Shown: positions 39,039 to 48,301 of the stretch, piece after piece | How the letters are laid out: every line of letters starts with the position of its first letter | How positions within the stretch are numbered: position 1 is the first letter of the stretch | DNA from: an uncultured Clostridia bacterium | Lineage (GTDB): Bacteria; Bacillota; Clostridia; TANB77; UBA1234 | Assembly: GCA_934132775.1 (NCBI GenBank) | Contig: CAKPAA010000007.1 | Location: 21,599 to 85,598 of the forward strand | DNA: 64,000 bases | Direction of reading: 5' to 3' | Position numbers and translations under genes: made by a program | The notes under the pieces: generated by a model | The model's database searches: none | Told to the model about the DNA's origin: nothing | The model's input: the letters and a program-made list of their open reading frames with translations, nothing else

Positions 39039-39941
39039 CTATATTCTCAACTGTTTTATCAATTTTTGAATTTCTTCTTGCTCACTTTCATATAATTTCA
39101 TCTTCTCAATTTCTTTTTCCAATGCTCTCTGCTTAATTATAAGCAAATTAGCATTTGTACTCATATCATATCCTGGTGCCAGTTCAAATCTTTTCAACTT
39201 TCTTTCTAATTTTTTAGTTAAACCTTGATCATATATTTGTTTGTATATGCCTTCTAATTCGTGTAATATCTCTAAATTATTTCTATACTGCATTACATTC
39301 TTTTCGTGTGTATTACGTTCCTCTGTCACTTTATCATACACAACCATTAACAAATACACCAAATATTCACCAGACATTTTTTTGTTCTTCACATCTTGAA
39401 CCATCATTTTTAATGCATCACTTATTTTGTAACCATCTTTATATTGCCTCTTTTGTGTCAATGCATCATATACATCAGCAACTTTTATTATCTGTGCCTC
39501 TTTCGGAATTTCATCTCCCTTTAATCCGTCTGGATATCCTGTACCGTCCATATTTTCGTGATGTGCTCTTACTATTGGTGCTAAGTCTTTAAAGTTTTTA
39601 TATTCCATACATATTTCATATCCGTATATCGTATGTTTTTTCATTATTTCAAATTCTTCATCCGTTAGCCTTGAAGTTTTTTGTAGTATCTCAGGTGGTA
39701 TTTTTATTTTTCCCACGTCGTGCAAATATGCAGCAAGAACACATTTTTTTAATTCTTCGTATGGCATCCCCATTCTTTGACACATAGCAGTTGTCATCTT
39801 GGCAACACCTTGTACGTGTGCATCTGTAAATATATCTAGTCCCTTTAACACTGATATTTCCAAACTAATCTCATTTGATAACTCTGCCTCATTTATTCTT
39901 GTGCTTCCTAGTATATCTAACGGTTTAAAACGTTTTTTCAT
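39039..39941 (-). CDS. HD-GYP domain cyclic-dinucleotide phosphodiesterase
   Basis: HD motif (LHDVGK) and HHENMDGTGYP motif. Start is at the Met preceded by GGAGG; the track ORF extends to 40004. Confidence 0.85.
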   Translation of the reverse strand: MKKRFKPLDILGSTRINEAELSNEISLEISVLKGLDIFTDAHVQGVAKMTTAMCQRMGMPYEELKKCVLAAYLHDVGKIKIPPEILQKTSRLTDEEFEIMKKHTIYGYEICMEYKNFKDLAPIVRAHHENMDGTGYPDGLKGDEIPKEAQIIKVADVYDALTQKRQYKDGYKISDALKMMVQDVKNKKMSGEYLVYLLMVVYDKVTEERNTHEKNVMQYRNNLEILHELEGIYKQIYDQGLTKKLERKLKRFELAPGYDMSTNANLLIIKQRALEKEIEKMKLYESEQEEIQKLIKQLRI

Positions 39942-39958
39942 CTTTTGTATCCTCCTAA

Positions 39959-40759
39959 TTATATTGCTTGATAGGTTCCATTCTTTAAATTTATTTCTAT
40001 CCACTTTTTATTTATTTTTATAATTAGCCTGTATTCTAATAGTGATAAATTTCCTTCTAAATGCGCTATGTAGTACATTATCTCTTTTGAAAATTTATCT
40101 AAATCCGTTATATCTTCGAAATATTCTGGACTTGTTATTTCTGCGAATATAATATTTATATCATATTTTTTATAATTATCCAATAGCTTTCTTATTTTCT
40201 CAAATATCTTGTTTTTTATATCTATATTATACTCTTCTTCAAGTTCTGGATTTATCTTAGGTGTAAGAATTGTTCTTTTACCATCATTGTATATTTCAAC
40301 TTTATCACTGGCTTTTTTATATTCAATATATCCCTCTATATTTTCTTTTTCTAACTTATATTCTTCCAAGTCGTGTGAAAGCTTTTCAACTAGCCAGTCA
40401 TATCCAACATATATTTTTGTAACTTCTATTCCTATGCTCTTTCCTTTTCGTTCTAACACAAAGTCTGGGCATTCCGTTTTCGTTATCTTACCAGAACGTA
40501 TTTTAAATTTATTTAATAATTTAAAAACAGTATTAAATTCATTTATTTCTTTTTGGAGTTGTTTATTTCTCTCTAGTTCATTTTCAACCATTTGATTCCA
40601 AATTTTTATATCTTTTTGAGTTGCCTTAACTTTTGTCATTTTTAACGTGAATGTGTTTAAATTTAGCACCATATCGTCCATATGGACTTTTATATATGCA
40701 TCTTTAATTTCACCTGAACTTTTATGAGAATTCATTACATCATATATAGGATTTTCCAT
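39959..40759 (-). CDS. Hypothetical protein (266 aa) with a weak PD-(D/E)xK-like segment
   Basis: ORF with the RBS GGGAG. Segment ECPDFVLERKGKSIGIEVTK loosely resembles a PD...ExK nuclease core. Ends at the RBS of the HD-GYP gene. Confidence 0.5.
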   Translation of the reverse strand: MENPIYDVMNSHKSSGEIKDAYIKVHMDDMVLNLNTFTLKMTKVKATQKDIKIWNQMVENELERNKQLQKEINEFNTVFKLLNKFKIRSGKITKTECPDFVLERKGKSIGIEVTKIYVGYDWLVEKLSHDLEEYKLEKENIEGYIEYKKASDKVEIYNDGKRTILTPKINPELEEEYNIDIKNKIFEKIRKLLDNYKKYDINIIFAEITSPEYFEDITDLDKFSKEIMYYIAHLEGNLSLLEYRLIIKINKKWIEINLKNGTYQAI

Positions 40760-40928
40760 ATTTTTCTCCCTGTTACATTATTGAATTTCATATTTTTTTC
40801 ATATATAATACATAGTAGTGACAAATAAATGTCCTAATATATGTAGTATACACGATTGAAATATATTATTCAACATTAGATTTATATTAAAAATTTATAC
40901 ATAAAATTATATGAAAGGATGATTGATT

Positions 40929-42137
40929 ATGTCTTTTAAGAATGACTTCGAACGTGAAAGGATATACGAGGAAATGGAGGGTAAACAGTCTTCAAAACTT
41001 GGTTGGGTTGGCAAAACACTTAGCATCGCATTGCTTTTGTCTTTGGGATTTGCAAGTGGAAGTATTTACTCGACATTCACTGGTAAAGGCTTATTGCCAA
41101 GCCAAAAAGAAAATGTACAAAACAATTTAAATGTAAGTCAAGTTTCTACAACACCATCTAATTCAACAAATGTTGTAACAGCTCCAAGTTCACTTTCAGA
41201 TGTTGTTGCAAAAACTGCTGACTCTGTTGTTGAAATAACACAATACTCAACTTCAACATCAATGTTTTCATCACAAAGTTACACTTCTCAAGGTAATGGA
41301 AGTGGTGTTATTATTTCAGCTGATGGCTATATTTTAACGAATAATCACGTTATTAGTGGCGCTGAAAAAATTACTGTTAGATTAAGAAATGGTAAAGAAT
41401 ATGAAGCAACTCTTGTTGGCAAAGATTCAAAAACGGACGTTGCAATTATTAAAATTGACGCACAAGATTTAACAGTTGCAACAATAGCTGATTCTTCTAA
41501 AACAAAAGTTGGCGACTTTGTTTTAGCAATTGGTAATCCTCTTGGAGAATTAGGTGGAACAGTAACTTATGGCTATATCAGTGCTTTGGAACGTGAAATT
41601 AAAATTGATAATTCAACAATGAACTTAATGCAATTTGATGCCGCTGTAAACCCAGGTAATTCTGGTGGTGGTTTATTTAATGTTTATGGCGAACTTATCG
41701 GTATCGTTTCTGCAAAATCTACTGGCTACGACGTTGAAGGACTTGGATTTGCAATTCCGATAAATGATATTAACAAAGTTACGAGTGATATACTTGATTT
41801 AGGCTATGCAACAAATAGAGCTTTTTTAGGAATTAAACTTGAAAACGCAGTTTACTCATATAACAACCAATATGGTGGACTTTTTGGAATGTTCTATCAA
41901 CAGATGCAATATGGTGCAACTGTTGCAGAAGTAGTAAAAGACTCACCTGCTGAAAAAGCTGGAATAGAAGTTAAAGATATTATCGTTTCAATAAATGGTA
42001 AAGCTATTTCAAGTGCATCAGAAGCCACATCAGAAGTTGCTGCTTTGAGTGTTGGTGATGAAATTGAAATCGGAATAATTCGTGACGGTCGTACAAAAAC
42101 TGTTAAAGCTACTCTTGAAGAGTATAAAGGTCAATAA
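40929..42137 (+). CDS. htrA: HtrA/DegP-family serine protease with a C-terminal PDZ domain
   Basis: Transmembrane anchor, trypsin-like His/Asp/Ser triad with GNSGGGL, and a PDZ domain. Confidence 0.9.
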   Translation: MSFKNDFERERIYEEMEGKQSSKLGWVGKTLSIALLLSLGFASGSIYSTFTGKGLLPSQKENVQNNLNVSQVSTTPSNSTNVVTAPSSLSDVVAKTADSVVEITQYSTSTSMFSSQSYTSQGNGSGVIISADGYILTNNHVISGAEKITVRLRNGKEYEATLVGKDSKTDVAIIKIDAQDLTVATIADSSKTKVGDFVLAIGNPLGELGGTVTYGYISALEREIKIDNSTMNLMQFDAAVNPGNSGGGLFNVYGELIGIVSAKSTGYDVEGLGFAIPINDINKVTSDILDLGYATNRAFLGIKLENAVYSYNNQYGGLFGMFYQQMQYGATVAEVVKDSPAEKAGIEVKDIIVSINGKAISSASEATSEVAALSVGDEIEIGIIRDGRTKTVKATLEEYKGQ

Positions 42138-42387
42138 TAGATTTTAAGCATAAATAAATATTTTCCCAGTTATATGGACTAATTTGTGAAAAGTAAAATC
42201 CAACTTTTCCCCATCCTGTTAGTTCATTTAACTGGGATTTTTATATAACAAAAAAGACTGATGAAAGGAGAATACGCACACAGTCTCTTTTTGTTAATTA
42301 AAAAATTTAAATACATATAGAAATAGCGTACACTCTATATGTTTTTAATATTTCTCACAAATTTCTCATAAAATAAGTTTCTTACAT

Positions 42388-42819
42388 TCATTTTTCTTTT
42401 GTTTTAAAAAATTTATCTCTTACACTTTCTATCACTGGTTTAGTAAATTTTTCAATTTTGTCTTTTGAAGTTTTAATCACTGGTGTTATCATCTTTGCAA
42501 ACTTTCCAGCAGCTTTTGAAATTATAAAATCTTTTGCTATATTAGTAGCAATTTTAAATATAGTTTTTCCTATATTATTTTTTTCTTCTTTCGGCCTGTT
42601 CTTCTCTTGCCTTATCTCAATTACTGTATTAACAGGATTCCTGCTTTCTTCTTTCTTTTCTTTGGTATCCTTTAAAACAACAATGTTACTATTATTTTTT
42701 TCTAAGTAATTTTTCACTTGTTCTTGAAGATTTGCAACTTCTAGTTGTTCATCTTTATTAAAAAGATTCAAACCTCTTTCGTTTAATGTTTTCACGTCAT
42801 CAAGAACGTTTATTTTCAT
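42388..42819 (-). CDS. Hypothetical K/E-rich protein (143 aa)
   Basis: ORF only; no motif recognised. Confidence 0.45.
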   Translation of the reverse strand: MKINVLDDVKTLNERGLNLFNKDEQLEVANLQEQVKNYLEKNNSNIVVLKDTKEKKEESRNPVNTVIEIRQEKNRPKEEKNNIGKTIFKIATNIAKDFIISKAAGKFAKMITPVIKTSKDKIEKFTKPVIESVRDKFFKTKEK

Positions 42820-43046
42820 AAAATTCCTTTCCTGACAATGTTCTCTCTATTGACTTAAAAATACTATACACATCGCTATTTGTCAACAAATTTCGTTCGA
42901 CATATTACGACAGAATTTAACATTTTTGTTTATTCTTTCGTTTTCATTTTTGAATATTATATGCTTTTTGTATAAATACTATAATTGAATTCATAGATTT
43001 ATTTTTTACGTTTGCTTAGTTTTCTATGAATTTTTAGGAGGTTAAT

Positions 43047-43520
43047 ATGAACAAGAAAATTTTAATTACACTTACGTTAGTGTTATCTTTAATGAGTTTC
43101 TCACTTGTTTTTGCAGCAAATAATAACACTGTAAATAGTGGAACTACTGCTGGTAGAGTTATAGATAATACTGGTAATGCAGTTGGAAATACTGCTGGAA
43201 ATGTTGTCAATGATATTGGTAAGGGCGTTGGTGGTGTTATTAACGGTGCTGGTAGTGCTGTAAATAGTGTTGGTAACGCAGTTAGCAATGTTGGCAGAGA
43301 TTTAGGTAATGGTGTTAATAATACAACTGATTCTATTACTAACGAATCAAATAGTTCTACTGGTTATAATGCTACTAGAACTTCTGCAACAGCTGGAAAT
43401 ACTGCCGCTGATACTACTTGGACTTGGATTATTGTTATAGTTGCTGCTATCGCTATTATTGGACTTATTTGGTACTATAATGCTGAAAACAAAGAACATA
43501 ATTCAAGAAAAGATAGATAA
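43047..43520 (+). CDS. Secreted, membrane-anchored low-complexity G/N/V-repeat protein
   Basis: Signal peptide, GNAVGNTAGNVVN-type repeats and a C-terminal transmembrane helix. RBS AGGAGG. Confidence 0.55.
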   Translation: MNKKILITLTLVLSLMSFSLVFAANNNTVNSGTTAGRVIDNTGNAVGNTAGNVVNDIGKGVGGVINGAGSAVNSVGNAVSNVGRDLGNGVNNTTDSITNESNSSTGYNATRTSATAGNTAADTTWTWIIVIVAAIAIIGLIWYYNAENKEHNSRKDR

Positions 43521-43521
43521 C

Positions 43522-43745
43522 ATTCATTTTCAAAGAGGGCATATTTAAATGGAGTATCATAGTGCATTTTCTAGAAAAATTATTTAATTTTCTAAATGCT
43601 GGCTTCACTTAACGGCAAATTCCAATATTGCAGGGCTTTGCCCTGCACCTTACCTATCTGTAATTTGCCTATTCAGGAGCATTGTAGAAAATTAAATGAA
43701 TTTTTCTCCCTATAGGAGTTGCTTACTATATGTGCCATTTAAATA
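43522..43745. repeat. 224-bp composite palindromic element with perfect 21-bp terminal inverted repeats and a central GC hairpin
   Basis: AAAGAGGGCATATTTAAATGG at 43522..43542 is perfectly inverted at 43725..43745. Inner imperfect repeats GAAAAATTATTTAATTTTCTAAATGCT flank the core hairpin gcagggc-ttt-gccctgc at 43620..43636. Confidence 0.6.
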
Positions 43746-43953
43746 TGCCCTCTTTTTCTAAATTTATTTTCAAGCATCTCTTACTATCTTAAAAATGTAA
43801 AAAATTATTTTTAGGTACGCACAAACTCTTATAAATATATATTACACTAAAAAGTTATAATCAATTCATCGACTATCTCACAATAATTACCTTCTACCAC
43901 TTTTATTTAATAGTTCAATATGTTATAATTTCCTTGAAATTGGAGGTTTTTTT

Positions 43954-44418
43954 ATGACAAATAAAAGCGATGAAAATAGAGTAATTTCAAAAAACAGTAA
44001 AGCATACCACGATTATTTTATAGACTCGAAAATGGAATGTGGAATTGAACTTGCTGGAACAGAAGTTAAATCAATTAGAGATGGAAAAGTTAATATGAAA
44101 GATAGCTATGCTTCAATAAAAAATGGGGAACTTTTCATTCACTCATTACATATAAGTCCTTACGAAAAAGGAAATATATTTAACAAAGATCCTATGCGTT
44201 CAAGAAAATTACTAGTTCATAAAAATGAAATTTTAAAACTAGTTGGAATGGTTAAACAAAAAGGAATTGCCTTAGTTCCACTTTCTCTTTATTGGGATAG
44301 AAACCACGTTAAGGTAGAGTTAGGTATTTGCCGAGGCAAAAAGCTTTACGACAAACGTCAAGATATTGCTAAAAAAGATGCCGAACGCAGAATAGCCCAA
44401 CATCTCTCAGGAAAATAA
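43954..44418 (+). CDS. smpB: SsrA-binding protein
   Basis: Full SmpB family sequence with RBS GGAGG. Confidence 0.93.
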   Translation: MTNKSDENRVISKNSKAYHDYFIDSKMECGIELAGTEVKSIRDGKVNMKDSYASIKNGELFIHSLHISPYEKGNIFNKDPMRSRKLLVHKNEILKLVGMVKQKGIALVPLSLYWDRNHVKVELGICRGKKLYDKRQDIAKKDAERRIAQHLSGK

Positions 44419-44534
44419 TTATAAAACTAACTTAAATTTTTGATAAAAAATATAACCTGTCAAAAGTAAATATCATACACAAAATGTAATATGTTATTAA
44501 ACTAAAATTCACCACTAAAAGTTTCAAATACTGT

Positions 44535-44563
44535 TTGACATTTTCTGGTTCAAATGTTAGAAT
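44535..44563 (+). promoter_or_regulatory. Near-consensus SigA promoter (TTGACA, 17-bp spacer, TAGAAT) with no downstream CDS
   Basis: Seen directly. The only downstream plus-strand feature is the terminator hairpin at 44602..44640. Confidence 0.45.
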
Positions 44564-44601
44564 TTAATTACAGCGGTTTACAAGTAATTGTAAATTTCTT
44601 A

Positions 44602-44640
44602 AAAAGCTAAGGAAGTGTGTGTCCTTAGCTTTTCTCCTTT
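44602..44640. terminator. Bidirectional terminator hairpin (agctaagga/tccttagct)
   Basis: 9-bp stem with T-tracts on both sides. It terminates the convergent minus-strand gene and would end a roughly 70-nt plus-strand transcript. Confidence 0.5.
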
Positions 44641-44697
44641 TATATGATGCTGTTCTAAGCATCTTTTTGTTTCAATAATTTTGTAATTTTCCATAGC

Positions 44698-45186
44698 TTA
44701 TATTATTTCATTTATTGGTGGAAATTTTCCTGATTTGACAATATCAAGTAGCTCTTGCAATTTACTTAATGCATCTTCATATTGTTCCTTAGTTATTATA
44801 TTTTCATTTAGTGCTTCGTCTAACTCTTCCCTATCTAGTATTTCGTATTTGCCATCTGAAAAGATTTTTAAATCAACTAACAAGTCTATAAGAGTGTATG
44901 TATCATCTTCAAATTTATAGTCTATAATGTCGCAATACCAATATATAAAATTTCCGCTTTTATCAAAGAATTTGCTTATTTTCCAACCTTTGTCTAACAT
45001 TGTGTATGAAATTCCCATTCCAATATCTGGTCTTGGCTTTATTGGTGTCCATTTAGTAACAATTAGATTTTCTGTTTTTAATATTACTTCATCTTTTGAT
45101 ATATCAACGATTTCATCTGGGATATATCTTTTTCTTAGTATTTTCATTTCAACTAACATTCCCCTCTTTAAAGGTAAATATTCCAA
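44698..45186 (-). CDS. DUF402-like protein (possible nucleoside di/triphosphatase fold)
   Basis: Size and overall sequence recalled as resembling DUF402/YgaC-type proteins. Weak call. Confidence 0.4.
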   Translation of the reverse strand: MEYLPLKRGMLVEMKILRKRYIPDEIVDISKDEVILKTENLIVTKWTPIKPRPDIGMGISYTMLDKGWKISKFFDKSGNFIYWYCDIIDYKFEDDTYTLIDLLVDLKIFSDGKYEILDREELDEALNENIITKEQYEDALSKLQELLDIVKSGKFPPINEII

Positions 45187-45257
45187 ATCTCTTTTTTAAA
45201 AAGTATTTTCATTTATTACCCTAATGTTTATTTACTAAAATTCTAGCAAATCATTTT

Positions 45258-46262
45258 TCAATTTGCAATAGTAATTTCAACACCTGTATAGTAATGTTTT
45301 ATTATCTCATCATACTTGCTCCCATTCTTAGCCATTGAATTTGCTCCCTCTTGGCTCATCCCAACTCCGTGACCATAGCCTATTGTGTAAAAAGTAATTT
45401 GTCCATTTTCATTTTTTTCTATTCTGAAATTAGTTGAACGTATACCGGTTAATTTTCTAAGCTCTGTGGCTTTTATTTGAACTTCACCAATTTTCAATGT
45501 ATTAACTCTGCCACTTCCAGTGTAATCTACTATTTCTATTGGATAATCTTTTTCTTTATAGTCACTAACGTATGATTTTATTATTTCTGCAAATTCCTCT
45601 TTTGTAAATGTTTTTGTATCTTGGTATGGATTTTCTTCATTACCTGCTACACTTTGCAAATATGGTATCTCTTTTCCACCCCATACGTATTTTACATTCT
45701 CTGTTTTTCCCCCACTATTAGCATGAAAAAATGCAGATATTATTTCTCCATTATACGTTATTACTTGGTTACTAGTAGATTTCACAGCTTTCTCTAACTT
45801 TGCCCACTTTTCATTTTCCTCTACATCATCCCAAGATTCAAAGGCGTACTCTTTTGTTTTATAACACTGACAACAATTTATATTGTCACACATATCCGCA
45901 CCGTCATGCAAATTAGGACTATTTTTTAACTTATATAAAGTATAAGTTCTAGCTACTAATGCTTGTGCCTTTAATGCCTCTATTTCATATGTTGCCGGTA
46001 CTTCTCCTATTAGCACACCTATAATATAGCTATCAAAATCTAGTTCGATAATTTTATTTTCGCTAGTAAGCAAAAGTTTTATTTTGTCTCTATTTTCTAT
46101 TTTGCTCTCCTCAATATTTGTGTCACCAGAGCTTTCATCTTGCTTGGGCACAACGTTATTTCTAACTCCAATTAAAAATATGCTTGGAGTCAAAAAGCTT
46201 ATTATCATTAAAGCTACAAAAAATAGCAAGAATTTTCGCATAAGAAAACCTCCCATCCTCAT
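45258..46262 (-). CDS. spoIID: Stage II sporulation protein D (SpoIID/LytB-domain lytic transglycosylase)
   Basis: N-terminal anchor and the conserved SpoIID block AFFHANSGGKTENVKYVWG. Confidence 0.85.
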   Translation of the reverse strand: MRMGGFLMRKFLLFFVALMIISFLTPSIFLIGVRNNVVPKQDESSGDTNIEESKIENRDKIKLLLTSENKIIELDFDSYIIGVLIGEVPATYEIEALKAQALVARTYTLYKLKNSPNLHDGADMCDNINCCQCYKTKEYAFESWDDVEENEKWAKLEKAVKSTSNQVITYNGEIISAFFHANSGGKTENVKYVWGGKEIPYLQSVAGNEENPYQDTKTFTKEEFAEIIKSYVSDYKEKDYPIEIVDYTGSGRVNTLKIGEVQIKATELRKLTGIRSTNFRIEKNENGQITFYTIGYGHGVGMSQEGANSMAKNGSKYDEIIKHYYTGVEITIAN

Positions 46263-46314
46263 AGTTAATTCTATGTGGACAAGAGGTGCTTTTAGAACTT
46301 ATATTTTATCTAAC

Positions 46315-46665
46315 TTATTTAGCTACTGCAGCTGATACGATTTCGCTAAATCCTTTAGGATCGTTAACTGCCATTTCAGCTAACATCTTTCTGTTAATAT
46401 TGATGTTTGCTTTTTTCATTCCGTTAATTAAAGTGCTGTAATTAACACCGTTTGCTCTAGCAGCAGCGTTAATTCTTGTAATCCATAGCTTCCTGAAATC
46501 TCTCTTTTTAAGTCTTCTTCCAACGTAAGCATATTGTAAAGATTTCATTACAGCTTGGTTAGCCATTCTAAATCTAATGCTTTTTGCTCCATAATAGCCT
46601 TTAGCCATTTTTAAAACTTTTTTATGTTTCTTTCTTGTAATTTTTGCTGTTTTTACTCTTGCCAT
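46315..46665 (-). CDS. rplT: 50S ribosomal protein L20
   Basis: [16 protein letters not shown].. canonical L20 sequence. Confidence 0.95.
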   Translation of the reverse strand: MARVKTAKITRKKHKKVLKMAKGYYGAKSIRFRMANQAVMKSLQYAYVGRRLKKRDFRKLWITRINAAARANGVNYSTLINGMKKANININRKMLAEMAVNDPKGFSEIVSAAVAK

Positions 46666-46694
46666 TAGTCTTTCTCTCCTTTCAATCTAATCTA

Positions 46695-46892
46695 TTAACC
46701 GTATGGTAACATTTTCTTTACAGTTGCTACCATTGTCTTATCAACTGTTGTTGGTTTTCTTAGTCTTGCTTTTCTCTTTGATGTTTTAACATTTAATAAA
46801 TGTCTTTTATTCATTCTGTTTCTTTTAATTTTTCCTGTACCTGTAAAGCTAACTCTCTTTTTAGTAGCTCTATGTGTTTTCATTTTAGGCAT
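46695..46892 (-). CDS. rpmI: 50S ribosomal protein L35
   Basis: [13 protein letters not shown].. canonical L35. ATG at 46892 follows GGGAG by 9 nt. Confidence 0.93.
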   Translation of the reverse strand: MPKMKTHRATKKRVSFTGTGKIKRNRMNKRHLLNVKTSKRKARLRKPTTVDKTMVATVKKMLPYG

Positions 46893-46919
46893 AGTCAAAA
46901 CTCCCTTCTAAAAATATAA

Positions 46920-47441
46920 TTATTGTTGTTTTGGATTAATCATAAGCATCATACTTCTGCCTTCTAATTTAGGGGCTTTATCAGTGCTTCCAACATCAGA
47001 TAAAGATTCTGCAAACTTACTTAACACGTTTGCTCCGAAAGCTGTATTGTTTACTTCTCTTCCCTTAAATTTAATCGTTGCTTTTACTTTGTTTCCATCT
47101 TCTAAAAATTTTCTAGCATTTTTAGATTTGAATTCAAAATCATGTGTATCGATTGTTGAAGACAAACGAATTTCTTTAATTTCAACAACTTTTTGTTTCT
47201 TCTTAGACTCTTTTTCTTTGCGAGCTTGCTCATATTTGTACTTTCCATAGTTCATAATCTTACAAACTACTGGGTCTGCACTAGGTGCAACCTCAACTAA
47301 ATCTAATTCTCTTTCATCAGCTAGCTTTTGTGCTTCTGATACTGGCATAATACCAAGTTGTTCACCGTTTTCATCAATAACCTTTACTTCTTTAGCTACG
47401 ATTTCCTCATTGATAGAAAGTTCTTGTTTGATACAAATCAC
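46920..47441 (-). CDS. infC: Translation initiation factor IF-3 (true start probably a non-AUG codon near the 5' end of the ORF)
   Basis: Canonical IF-3 N- and C-domains in the infC-rpmI-rplT arrangement. Confidence 0.9.
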   Translation of the reverse strand: MICIKQELSINEEIVAKEVKVIDENGEQLGIMPVSEAQKLADERELDLVEVAPSADPVVCKIMNYGKYKYEQARKEKESKKKQKVVEIKEIRLSSTIDTHDFEFKSKNARKFLEDGNKVKATIKFKGREVNNTAFGANVLSKFAESLSDVGSTDKAPKLEGRSMMLMINPKQQ

Positions 47442-47641
47442 TCCTTATTTTTAATTTGCTTTTATATAAGCAATGGTCTAGTTTTTTACACTTCTTAGCA
47501 AGCATAAAAAAAGACTTAAGTTAAAGACTTAAGCCACCACATACAATAATTCGTAAAACATAATTCGTACTAATTATTTTTAACCACTAACATATATATG
47601 TTAGGGTGAGAAGTGGTTGACTTCTTCTTGAACCATTTATT

Positions 47642-47669
47642 ATTATAATCGCTTTATGAAATTTGTCAA
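47642..47669 (-). promoter_or_regulatory. SigA promoter of the infC-rpmI-rplT operon (TTGACA, 16-bp spacer, TATAAT)
   Basis: Consensus hexamers read on the minus strand. The downstream leader contains an 18-bp perfect palindrome ctaacatatatatgttag, a possible L20 autoregulatory structure. Confidence 0.5.
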
Positions 47670-47720
47670 GTAATTTTACAAAAAAGTTTCACTTATGTCA
47701 AGTTCTTTTTATATTTTTTG

Positions 47721-47853
47721 TTGACAAAAAGGGATTTTGGTATTAAAATAGTTTCGCATGGTATTAGAGAGGATACCCCGGATGCCTTAGATAATATCAC
47801 GAAACGATTATTTAAATTAAATATGTATTTGAAATGGAGGTTTAGATAGTACC
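47721..47853 (+). promoter_or_regulatory. rplM-rpsI promoter (TTGACA, 17-bp spacer, TAAAAT) and structured L13-type leader
   Basis: Promoter hexamers followed by nested hairpins gtttcg...cgaaac enclosing ggtatt...gatacc, ahead of rplM. Confidence 0.45.
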
Positions 47854-48288
47854 ATGAATAATGTTACACATAGCGTTAAAGCTAGCGAAATTGAAAGAAA
47901 ATGGTATGTAATCGATGCTGATGGTAAAGTTTTAGGTAGACTTGCATCAGAAGTTGCAAAACTATTAAAAGGAAAACACAAACCAACTTATACAACAAAC
48001 TTAGATGTTGGTGATTATGTTGTTGTTGTAAATACTGACAAAATGATTTTAACAGGAAATAAAATGGAAGACAAGATATATAGAAGACATACAGGTTACA
48101 TTGGTAATATGAAAGAATTACAAGCCAAAGATATGATGGCTAAAGATTCAGCAAACGTTCTTATGCTTGCTGTTAAAGGTATGCTTCCAAAGAATAGTTT
48201 AGGAAGAAAAATGTTAACAAAATTAAAAGTATACAGAGGTGCTGAGCACGAACAACAAGCTCAAAAACCAGAAGTATACAACTTTTAA
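47854..48288 (+). CDS. rplM: 50S ribosomal protein L13
   Basis: Canonical L13 ([15 protein letters not shown]). Confidence 0.95.
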   Translation: MNNVTHSVKASEIERKWYVIDADGKVLGRLASEVAKLLKGKHKPTYTTNLDVGDYVVVVNTDKMILTGNKMEDKIYRRHTGYIGNMKELQAKDMMAKDSANVLMLAVKGMLPKNSLGRKMLTKLKVYRGAEHEQQAQKPEVYNF

Positions 48289-48301
48289 GGAGGAGAAATA
48301 A

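Noticed and set aside
36910-40759. Reverse transcriptase, Avd or template repeat for the hypothesised diversity-generating retroelement
   Set aside because: None of the neighbouring ORFs has reverse transcriptase motifs such as YxDD, and no second copy of the GC-rich patch occurs in the window. The DGR idea rests on the variable-region-like patch alone.
42155-42240. 9-bp stem tcccagtta/taactggga with a 60-nt loop between convergent genes
   Set aside because: Too loosely structured to call. The adjacent conventional hairpin agactg..cagtct followed by a T-tract is the likely htrA terminator.
44419-44700. Expected ssrA (tmRNA) gene downstream of smpB
   Set aside because: No GGGG..-initiated tRNA-like acceptor or tag-reading-frame sequence is present. 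Only a short promoter-terminator unit was found, reported separately as an sRNA candidate.
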